Below, one piece after another: positions 1-9,983 of a DNA stretch of 64,000 bases. Within the stretch, counting starts at the first letter, position 1; each line of letters opens with the position of its first letter. A program made the position numbers and the translations under genes. Origin of the DNA: Phoronis australis. Its lineage: Eukaryota; Animalia; Phoronida. The notes under the pieces were generated by a model. That model saw only the letters and a list, made by a program, of their open reading frames with translations, ran no database searches and had not been told where the DNA came from. The DNA is taken from positions 74,951 to 138,950 of the forward strand of contig NMRA01000383.1 in NCBI GenBank assembly GCA_002633005.1. Direction: 5' to 3'.

Positions 1-21
1 AGGATGGAATGATGACCAAGT

Positions 22-141
22 TGATGATTATAGTGTTACTTATAAGGCATGATGGTTATAGTGTTACTTATAGGGCGTGATAGTTATAGTGTTACTTATA
101 GGGCGTGATAGTTATAGTGTTACTTATAGGGCGTGATGGTT
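22..141. repeat. 28-bp minisatellite, ~4 copies
   Basis: GTTATAGTGTTACTTATAGGGCGTGATA with period 28. Confidence 0.9.
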
Positions 142-502
142 AAGTAACATGTCACCTCTGTCTATCACAACTGTTTTTACCTCATAATGCCCGTTTTGAA
201 GCATTATTCAAACCATTGCAAATTATTACCATCTATTAAAGAGAACACACAAAGACCTATAATTACAATATTTCCAAAAAGGCTGTGAGCTTTCATAAAG
301 GTGAGCAGGTTTGCAAGAATTTCCAAAGTAAATAAATCACCTAACAAGAGACATGCTCAAACAAAACATTTACATCATCATGCAACAATCCGTGAGACAA
401 AATTTCATTTGTGTTCTGGACCCATGGTCTAACCTTTGTACTCAAAACCCAACTCAAAATTATCTTCGACACTTTCTGCTCTAGTTTCGTGCAAACTTAA
501 TG

Positions 503-633
503 CAAGTATCTACTGCTATGTGTGTGAGTACACTATACATTATGGTCTACACCGAGGGCTGTATAATACAAGTGTCTACTGCTCTGTGTGTGAGTACACT
601 ATACATTATGGTCTACACCCAGGGCTGTATAAT
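503..633. repeat. 66-bp tandem duplication
   Basis: CAAGT(A/G)TCTACTGCT(A/C)TGTGTGTGAGTACACTATACATTATGGTCTACACC(G/C)AGGGCTGTATAAT at 503 and 569. Confidence 0.9.
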
Positions 634-1220
634 CTGCCCTTGTACTTGATGACCACAGCATCAACGCAATACGTTCGAGTCTGAATTAAAAATTTTGAGC
701 TTTTACTCAAAATCCTCAAGCTTTGGGTCATCAAGTACTAACTTGGATTACACATATCACAACATACCTGAGCACAAAAAGACGACATCTTGGTTTTGTA
801 TCCAAATAGAACATAAAATGCCAAAAACAATCATGAAATCAATTTCAAGAACTAAGGTTAGACCTCGGAGCCCTGACAAGTTTCGTTAGAACCACACTAT
901 GTTCTGTCCTTCAAAGACATAAGCCTGCACTTGTGGCCAAGAATGTTCGCTTATGAAACCAAAACAGTGAATTAATCCCGTAAATTAAGAATTCTATCTC
1001 ATAATTTAATACGACATCATCACCAACCAATCACTTCAATGACTGCCATTTTGCTAGCGAGGTCATGTTCGCAAGGTCTCGAGGATACTCACGAAATACT
1101 CATCTTTCACTCACACAGTCTCGCTTTTCATGCAACAAATTTGATCGATGGCACACTACTCGCATCAAAACAGAGCATATCAGTAAACGACCTCGTGACC
1201 TTTCTCGAGACCTCTTGACC

Positions 1221-1540
1221 CTATGACCAGCCAATCTTTCTGGATTTCCTATCCTCCTCCCTATACTGCTGTTCACTCTCCTCGTACGCCTCTCTGTCAT
1301 ATCCTTCCACTATTTCCTCCTCTTGTGCTCGTGCCAGTACAGAGTGCGGGTGCTGTGGCAAGTTTCTCATGGCTGCCTCTAGGGGGAGCACCTGTAAGTG
1401 GTCCTCCATGCGGCTGAGAAGGCCCAGTTGTTCTAGTATACGTACAGCCTCGCCACTGTCAAACTCCAAATCACTATTGCTCACTTTACCCTGAATCCAC
1501 TCCTCTATTTGGTTTTCAAGGTCAACCTCTTTTAAACCCC
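1221..1540 (-). CDS. TMEM143: TMEM143 terminal coding exon 6
   Basis: Acceptor TTTGCAG, phase 1 matches the previous donor; stop TAG at 1221-1223; ORF 1221..1619. Confidence 0.88.
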
Positions 1541-4500
1541 CTGCAAATATTGGAATATTCCTTATAAAGAATACAGCCAATGAAAATGACAGTTTGCCAA
1601 AAATCTGCAATGTGATCATTGTTTTTAATTACAACATTGACTAACTTCCAAAACATTTGGATAATATTTCTTATAATAAATAGCAGATGACTTAACTTGA
1701 AAAATGTTGAGTTTGCATTGACTTTTGTGTTATTTTTGCGTTTAGTAAGAGCATGCGATATTAACTCATTTCAACGAAGTCATACCAATAATGGCCGAGT
1801 TACTCAAGTGTGCATCTTAGGTGTGACTTTTTTCTCATTAATACATTGCTCACATCAACTAATCTTGTTTCACAATCTCAAAAGCATAACATTATCGCCA
1901 TCTAGTGGAATGCAGCGGAGTAATCACTGACCTTGTTTGGTGCCCTTTTGAATGGTCAAATTTATAGCAAATTCTTAGTGACTGGATTTGAGCTAAACCC
2001 ATTAATTTTTTCCTATTTTACGTAACACGAGGGGAATCAAAATAAAACATAAAGGAAAACAATAATAGTGTAAGTGTGTAGAAGCCAAAAGACTATCATC
2101 ATCTGAGGAACTCAAAATCCAGAAAACAAACATTTACTAAGGGTGGCATTTGAAAATCAAAGTAAAAACATTACAACATAAACCTGACATTGTACAACAA
2201 AACTGATCCAATTTCAAAAGGATTATTGTTAATTTAATTGAAGGTGACGTTTCAGAAACCCGTTTAATTTCATATTTTTGCCTTAGGTGCCTTTTACCAG
2301 GCTGCAAAAATGGAAAGAAATAATTCAGTGACACTAATATATGTAATATAATCAATTTGCTATACCTGCATATTCCATAGTTTCAGAGAATAATTACAAG
2401 CACAACAAGTAAATAACCATTTATAAAATACGGTGTTCAAGGGCTGTTTTACAATATTACACCAGGAGGCACTATGGCAGGATACAAGGTTGCTAAAGCA
2501 ATGGAAAATACTTCAGTGTAATCTCTCAAAGGGAATTTCAACCGTTCAAATTATTATGGTACTCACCTATGGCTACTGGCAAGGTTTCTTCTTTGCTGCC
2601 ACCAGGAGGCACTAGCTCTGGTGCTTTGGAAGACAAGAGAAACGTGTATGTGAGCAGGGCCTCTTTGAAAGTTTCGTCCTCAGCTCTGTCGATGAGCAGT
2701 GTAAGGAGACCTCTATTGTTCGCTACGTTTTTATAATACAACATTCTTGACAAGTCGACTAGATAGCTGTTCCGTCTATTCTTGTATACTGTCCAAGCTC
2801 TGATGCCAATTAAACACGTGACTGATGACATAATCAGAGTCCAGTTGATTTGGTACTGGGCCATTATCGACACCACCTTGGCCAATATGCCTAGAAACGC
2901 GATGCCAGCTGACGACATAATAATACCGCGGTCAAATTTCGACATTCTAATTTGTCCGTCAGGCACAAGCTGCTCGAGAGCATTCACAGGAACCTCCTTA
3001 AATATCTTCAACATTAGTTTATGGTCTCTTTTAAGCCTGACTGCCACCACCACTCGCTTATAATATGTGATGGGTTTAGGCGCCGGTCGACCAGTAAACT
3101 TGTTGTAGAGAAACTGGTACCATGGTGTATTTTGTAATGGGGTCTCCTTGCCTAATGCCCAGTATCGTAGAACGTCATATTTCGCTGGGTTAACACTCAC
3201 CTAATAAATAAATAGGAGATTACATCAGACATTTTAACCAAGTTCAGTCATCCAAGCAAGAGTCCAAAAAGAACAACTGGGCTACAATAAAAAACAGACA
3301 CTAAAAGAATGAATGACAATTGTACGATGCCTCAAGAGATCGTACACAATAACCATTTTAAAGTGTACAAAACATGCTCTTTTGACTGTCCACATCTCTC
3401 CTATTTCTGAAAACTACAAAAAGTTGGCAGAAAATTCTCAAAAGGCATGAAAGCTGTTAAACCCTTCCAACATGAACTTTATGAAAATGTAATAAACTAC
3501 AAGTAGCAGCACCGAGACAGAATGACAAATCCGGGTCATCGCCGATTAAAAAAAAACCTAAGAAATAATGATTAGCGGGACTTTCCGTAGATAATCCAAT
3601 GGGTGGGTATTGGGAAAATGAAAATGTTCAGGTGTTTCAGTTATACCAAAGAAACGCTTGGGCGTTTATTTGGACAAGGGGGGCGTGTAAACGAAAAGTC
3701 ATAGCGTCCTCTGGTATCAAAATATCTGCGATTTTTTTTGCATAAAACAGTGCTTTTTAATTTTATGTTAATCAATACATAGTTCGCCAACACTTTGTTC
3801 ATCTATATAAATGATGAATGCTCCACAAAACTTAATTTGTGGCTTAAAGTTGATGATGTGTCCACTTTTAAGAGGAAATCTTCCGAATAAATCATTGCTT
3901 GGAATGACCAATGACAAAAAGAGCGGAAACTTTTAGGATCCAAAACATACGCTCTACCCAGCCTTGAAATACTCGATGTGAACCTTTCGCCGACAAAAAT
4001 TGGGACTAAAAAAAAAAAAAAAACCCGTTACCACCATCAGTAGCATGCGTCTGCGTCTTTTTAGCTCGTCCGTCCACTCCCACCCCCAAACATTTTTGGC
4101 TGCAAAGCCGTAGTATTTGTCACCGCGGTTTACAATCACACGAGACGCCATTGAAAATCCCACCACAGTATCCCAGATGCCCCGGCAATGTTGACAATTT
4201 ACGTTCCTCCGAAACATAAAGAGCAATTTCCGCTTTTCGAGGTGAACGTCTTCGGCAACGCTGCGGTAAGAAAGGAATTTGCCGCGGAAATTTTACATCA
4301 AATCCAATTTTGTTTATGTGGAAATATAAAAAAATGCGCAGACAGAACATTTGAAAAAAGCGGAAATCCGCGTTTCCGCGGAAAATTCCAAGCCTTGATA
4401 AATGCCTCCCTATCTGGACACTCGACACACAAAATAAATGCCCATAGGCTTTTATTCGGCATAATTTTCTGAATAAATGCCCACAGGCGTTTCATCAGGT

Positions 4501-7500
4501 GGGCTTACCTACGGAAAATCCCAGTAACAAGTGGACATTTACATTGGTAGGAGGTCAATAAATATCTTTGTGGCTTGTGGCTGGAGCAGCAACAGAATAA
4601 GTAGATGTATTTCACACAAACTCGTCCAAACAAGGACATGTTCACTGATGCTCACAAATGTTCGGGTGTCAAAAGTATCAACAACTCTTCTAGAATGACA
4701 CCATAAGAGAAATGTCGATAATTCTCAACTATAACCCTTGTTTTAAAAAAAGGAAAATTACAGAAAAACAAGTCATGGCAAACATTGCTGCAAGTTTTGT
4801 GTCAAACTATAGAAAACCATTAGGAAGTAAGATGGACATGGAATTTAATATGCTATCTTCACAGTTAAGGCTTTCCCAGGACACAATAAAATGACCACCT
4901 CTCAGCAACACCCCCTCGCTGACACTGTGTTCAGCCACAACCATTCATTGCTATACTCACCAACACTCCTTCACTAGCACTATGTTCAGCCAGGGCCTGC
5001 GCCACAACACTCTTTGGCAGCTCGTGAAAGTTGGCCTTCTCCATAACATCATCAAGTTTCTGAAGCAGCCAGAACTCACTATCCAACTGCTCCTTGCGAT
5101 TCTGTTGCCGAGTAACCATAGTGTCTTTGTCTGGGTTAATAGGATCAAACAGTACCTAGAAAGCATACGTATAAGTCAAACAGAGTTATAAAACATCTAG
5201 TTTATAACATCGGCTAGTGTATAGCACTCCATTACAAAAATCTCAAGCCAATGATATTCTATTCAAGCAGATTTTGTACAATGTACCATAAATGTTCAGA
5301 ATAGTCCTTAAGTGTTTGTTGTGACACAGTTCGAACATAGAGAAATATTAAAGTAAACAATTGAAGATTTGAGTTTTGAAAACGTAGAAGAGCATATAGC
5401 CCAAAAACGAGTTTCCAGAATACTATTCAACATGAGTAGTATGAAGTGTATTACCATATGTGGGTACACATCATCGTTAAACCTACCTTAAGCTCCTGTA
5501 ATAAACCATGGTACTTGTTAACTATGACACTGTCAAGGGACAACGCAAAGTCTTCAAACTTCTTCTTCTCACCACTTGTCAAGAACCTGTCATCTTGCAT
5601 CAGGTGGCGAATCAGCGACCGCCTCGTGATGGGGATAAAACGTTCTCTAAAATGTACAATGCAAGTTTAACAATCAAATTGGCATTGAATGGGATTTACA
5701 TATTTAAGACACTATGAAAATTACAATCAAGAAACAAATAAATACATTCATATGCTTTGTGACACTCAATGCAATATTATACAATGCAATATTATACAAT
5801 GCCATCTTTAAGTTGCTGCAAACACTGCTTACATTAAAAAATCACATTAAGTTTAATTTGGACCAAATTCCACTCCAAAACTGGTTACAGTTTCTACCTT
5901 ACATTAGTGGTGATTCCTGTGCTTTGAAACTGACACTAAGTTACACCTTGAGACCTTCACTTAGTTGCATCTTAAGACCTCTACTTAGTTGCATCTTAAG
6001 ACCTTCACTTAGTTACACCTTAAGACCTTCACTTAGTTACACCTTAAGACCTTCACTCAGTTACACCTTGAGACCTTCACTCAGTTGCATCTTGAGACCT
6101 TCACTTAGTTACACCTTGAGACCTTCACTTAGTTACACCTTAAGACCTTCACTCAGTTACACCTTGAGACCTTCACTCAGTTACACCTTGAGACCTTCAC
6201 TTAGTTACACCTTGAGACCTTCACTCAGTTACACCTTGAGACCTTCACTCAGTTACACCTTGAGACCTTCACTCAGTTACACCTTGAGACCTTCACTCAG
6301 TTGCATCTTAAGACCTTCACTTAGTTACACCTTAAGACCTTCACTTAGTTACACCTTGAGACTTTCACTCAGTTACACCTTGAGACCATGCTCACTGATC
6401 TTATAATGAGTAGTCAACTTATTGAGCAGGTCAGTACTGATTCAGTCCACAAATCTTGTTGAAGTCAAAACCAGTTTATAACAGCAAATGGTAAAAAAAT
6501 AGTTATTTTGTTGACAGAAAGCGTGTTTATATCTGGTAATAAAACAACATTATTAATAATGAGCGCATGTCCAGAGCTCCAGAAAATTGCAACATCAAAG
6601 ATGGAACAAATTCGAGCTGGATGGTTTACATACCAAACTACCATCAGTATGCTCTTCACACCAGACAAAGTGTAACTCAAGGTTCAAATTTAAAGGAAAA
6701 TAATGCACTAAATAAATTGTTCACTGAGCTTAAAATATGAGATAGTAAGCTTACTTAGATATCCTGATACACTGCTAGCACTTCAATGTGCCAATTTAAA
6801 GGTGTGCTTTTAAATTGTCAAACATGAAACCTCACCTGATAATCGTGAAAACCAGAAAATTGCCTCAATTGAAAGACAAAAAATAAACACAAAACACCGT
6901 TATAGTTGTGGGCCCAAATTATATGCGCATAACTAGACCATCGCTAATTTCTATATTTGATCACCTTCATGCAGAATACTTTAAACAAAGCAATAAAATG
7001 ATGAGTCAACTCTAGCAATGCAGTTGGACCATAACACACATGTACTTACAGCACCATGGTTTTGGTTCGTGTTTCAGTTGGTTTTTTTGATACAAAGAGT
7101 AATAATTACACATAAAACCATGCAGTGAACACAGTTGAATGGTTGCTTCCACCTTGAAGTCTGCAATTTTAAACCAATACGAGGTGCACACAGACAACAT
7201 AAATGCAACCTGTAGGAGTCAGGCTCAGACAGACAACATAGATGTGACCTGCACAATGGACACTAAACAAAGTACCTGTAGGATTCCAGCTCCTCCTCTG
7301 ACATTTCCCTTTGCTTTACCTTGGTCGTGACAATGTTGGAACCCAGCATCTCACTAGGTGGTGCTTTCTTTGAAAAACCAAAAAGTCTTCGTCTCAACAC
7401 CTTATTGGAATACACCTACAGAATGGCAAAATGAGACGAAATTAGATAAGGCCACACAAAAACATTCTAACGACAGTTGCTGTAACTAGTACATGTCACT

Positions 7501-9701
7501 ACTATTATTGTGACCCATGGGTAAACAAAGTGCTGAATCTCCCCAAGCCAATACCATTTACACGGCATCCATCCCTTCCTGACCAGTGTTGCCTGCAGAA
7601 GCCCACCTCCCCCACCACTCAAGCTACTGTCACGTCACTGTGACTTATTCTTTCTTTGTATCAGATGATAAATATGGTTATTGGTGGATTGTCTTTCCCT
7701 GCAATTGGCATGTAACACGCCTAAAGCGTAGGTCACTTGCCAGTTTAGCAGACTTGTAAGGAATTTCCAAATTTTGCTCTAGATATTTGAGGGTTGTTGA
7801 GGGTTACAGAGTATTGTTTTGTTTCAGAGAACTAGATGTGAACCTCATTTTTAATGTCTGTTAATAGGCCAACACTGGGTTTGGTGTTCCTTAAACAAAA
7901 CTTCCATGAGCTAACTGACGTCTCGAGTACAAGTAAAACAGATTATATGCCCTGAAGATGTGACAAATATTATGGTGAAACGGTTGAGTTTCTCAACTAC
8001 CGGAAAATAAGACACTTGAAAAGGTTAAAGCAATTTTGAGCACTTTTCGGAGAATCTCCATAAGCGAGTTCGTGATAGAATCTCAGGGGTTACAGGGACT
8101 ATAAACTTGACACGCTTTTATCATTGAATTCAATAGTTTATTATCCATTCCATCTACAGGGGCAATAAACATGCTAATTACGCATGGTCTGGCAATGGAA
8201 CTTAAAGGCGAAAGCAACCTTTTCTCATGTCTTTTTTAGCAAAAATAAGGTTCGTTGGTTATCCCAGACATATTTTCCCCTTAATTACAGCTTTTTCGTA
8301 ATTTGATTAACTATTTGTTCACTGCTCCGGAAGTGACGTTTTGGGAGGCAAGAATTTCCTGCCCATTTCTTTTCGTATAGTCTGACTGGGGGAGCTGCCC
8401 TGTCAGTCATTTTTCTATCTCGCGGTTTTGATAAGTTCGGTCATCGTGTGCTTTTGTTTACGAGTCGGTCAACATGCCACACTGTTGCTGCGAACCGGGA
8501 TGTACTCATTATCGTCGCACGGACAGAGGAACAACTGTCCCACTTGTCTGAGTGTCCGCGACACACTCCCACTGATAGTGACTTGAGCACGCAAACTGCT
8601 TACACCCTGCCATGTGACACCCTCGCCACACACCTGGCACCTTCTAAATAGCTCCAATACTTTAGACAAGTCCACAATAAACTTATCAAAGTTTGGCTCA
8701 CCGACCTGTTCATTGAACGACAAACTGTCCTCTTCACTGGGTGTCGAACGGGGCCTGTATTCACTGCTGTTTACATGCTTTGGGCCATAATGAGTACATC
8801 CGGGTAGGCAGCAACAGTGTGGCATGTTGACTGACTCGTAAACAAAAGCAAACGACGACTAAACTTATGACAACCGAAGTAGATTTATGACTGACTCGTC
8901 AACGCTCATATAGTCAGACTACGGGAAAAGAAATTGGCGCGAAATCCTTGCCTCCTAAAACGTCACTTCCGGAGTACAAAACGAATAATTAATCAAATTA
9001 CAAAAAGCTGTAATTAAGTGGAAAATATGTCTGGGATAATTAGCGAACCTTATTTTTGTTAAAAATGACATGAAAATAGGTTGCCTTCGCCTTTAAGGCC
9101 ATCAGGTACTGGGTATTGGCCTGAAATCACATGTTGCTGGCCAAACAAAAGGTTTGTGGTTTTCTCAGGAATTTCCACAGACCCGAAAATGAGCCAAGGT
9201 TTTTTGGTTCGGTCTATCACGAAAAAACGCGATATGCCAGTGATGCAGTATGTCTGCACCAACCAGCAGGCCTAACCTTGCATATCACTATCAGCATGGG
9301 CGGCGCACCATAACCATAGGCATAGGGGGCTGTAGCCCCCCACTTTTTCAGTGCTGCCGCGCCCATGGTCTGTGGGCGGTGCACCACAGGGGGGCTGGGG
9401 GCTAGAGCCCCCACTTTTTTCAGTGCTGGCCACCCATGATCGGACACCTAAAGGCACTAGTCGGATATAATGAACCCTGATTTAGAGAGAAAACTTGTCT
9501 TGGTTTCTGACCCCGAACCGAGCACTAAAACGGGCCAACGGGTGTTCTAAAACCAACAGATGGTAAAAAAATCAAACATGCGTAGAAAGTGGAGTAACAT
9601 ATGACGACTCTTACATTTTCCCACTTCCTAAAAGGCCGCACAAGCTGAGTTTGCACTAAAACTTGAGTGCCGGCTGCCTTCCGCAGGACAGAAGCCGCCA
9701 T
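1221..9701 (-). CDS. TMEM143: Transmembrane protein 143-like (DUF3754 family), complete spliced CDS, 511 aa
   Basis: complement(join(1221..1540,2567..3200,4961..5155,5487..5646,7276..7415,9615..9701)) = 1536 nt = 511 aa + TAG. All five introns are GT-AG with matching phases (0,2,0,0,1). Motifs recalled from TMEM143: YRERFIP, LFDPINPDKDT, YYKRVVVAVR, LKIFKEVP..LEQLVP, two hydrophobic segments, LSRMLYYKNVANN, RAEDETFKEALL. The basic, acid-poor N-terminus MAASVLRKAA resembles a mitochondrial presequence. Confidence 0.92.
2567..3200 (-). CDS. TMEM143: TMEM143 coding exon 5 (core domain and TM segments)
   Basis: Acceptor TATTAG, donor G|GTGAGT; ORF 2538..3200. Confidence 0.93.
3572..4527. mobile_element. 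Non-autonomous TIR DNA element, ~955 bp, superfamily unassigned
   Basis: Imperfect ~28-bp TIR TTAGCGGGACTTTCCGTAGATAATCC / GGGCTTACCTACGGAAAATCCCAGTAA; inverted subterminal motifs GGGCGTTTATT (left) and AATAAATGCCC x2 (right); CpG-rich interior; no clear TSD. Confidence 0.6.
4961..5155 (-). CDS. TMEM143: TMEM143 coding exon 4 (VLFDPINPDKDT...SEGVL)
   Basis: Acceptor TTTCTAG, donor TTG|GTGAGT; overlaps ORF 4931..5119. Confidence 0.9.
5487..5646 (-). CDS. TMEM143: TMEM143 coding exon 3 (ERFIPITRR...LLQELK)
   Basis: Acceptor ATTTTAG, donor AAG|GTAGGT; not present in the ORF track. Confidence 0.9.
5935..6387. repeat. 24-bp minisatellite, ~19 copies, TMEM143 intron 2
   Basis: GACCTTCACT(T/C)AGTT(ACAC/GCAT)CTT(G/A)A; generates the spurious ORF 5714..6406. 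Confidence 0.95.
7276..7415 (-). CDS. TMEM143: TMEM143 coding exon 2 (VYSNKVLRR...EEELESY)
   Basis: Acceptor TTCTGTAG, donor CAG|GTACTT; open frame joins the next exon to give YRERFIP. Confidence 0.85.
8206..9092 (-). mobile_element. Non-autonomous Kolobok-type DNA transposon with ~300-bp TIRs and a deleted THAP/transposase remnant
   Basis: TTAA at 8202-8205 and 9093-9096; termini AGGCGAA...TTCGCCT; long imperfect inverted repeats ~8206-8512 and ~8788-9092. ORF 8469..8825 starts MPHCCCLPGC (THAP-like) and contains KFIVDLSKVLELFRRCQVCG followed by frameshifted WEC/GHSDKWDS, a pattern I recall from Kolobok transposases. Confidence 0.8.
9615..9701 (-). CDS. TMEM143: TMEM143 coding exon 1 (MAASVLRKAAG...RKWEN)
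   Basis: ATG in ACAATGGCGG context; donor AAT|GTAAGA; 87 nt, phase 0 fits the next exon. Confidence 0.8.
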
Positions 9702-9893
9702 TGTTTTGGTTAGCACTGCGCATGTGTGAACATTTCGTGAACTTTCCCGCGAAAATCCAACGTGGTTGCAGTGAGTGAGCTGGGCGGTTCACTGGTGGTG
9801 AAATTTATCTAAATTATTACTATTTTTGAGTGTGACATTTCATAATGTCATAACAGAAATGTTACAAAGTAGCAGTTGTCGTATTTGAATGCG
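9694..9893. promoter_or_regulatory. Bidirectional promoter shared by TMEM143 and GINS2
   Basis: Divergent ATGs at 9701 (-) and 9894 (+). Motifs: overlapping inverted E2F-type site TTTCCCGCGAAAA 9743-9755; NRF1-like TGCGCATGTG 9717-9726; YY1-like GCCGCCATTGTT 9694-9705; GC box GGGCGG 9782-9787; CHR-like TTTGAA 9884-9889. Locally CpG-rich. Confidence 0.75.
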
Positions 9894-9983
9894 ATGGATC
9901 CAGCCGAAGTAGAGTTTTTGGCCGAAAAACAATTGATTAAAATTGTGCCAAATTTTTCGCAAGATCAAATTTATTTGATCGGG
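9894..9983 (+). CDS. GINS2: GINS2 coding exon 1
   Basis: [30 protein letters not shown]; donor GGG|GTAAGT. Confidence 0.95.

Noticed and set aside
2460-2614. 15-bp CACCAGGAGGCACTA present both in TMEM143 exon 5 and in the following intron
   Set aside because: Single short match; could be chance or a tiny local duplication, with no functional inference possible.
5714-6406. 230-aa ORF with (LRPSLSYT)n
   Set aside because: Translation of a 24-bp intronic minisatellite antisense to TMEM143; no splice or homology support.
9305-9455. GC-rich duplicated GGGGGCTGTAGCCCCCCACTTTTT segment near the promoter
   Set aside because: Looks like a decayed MITE. TIR and TSD are too degenerate to define, and there is no evidence of regulatory function.
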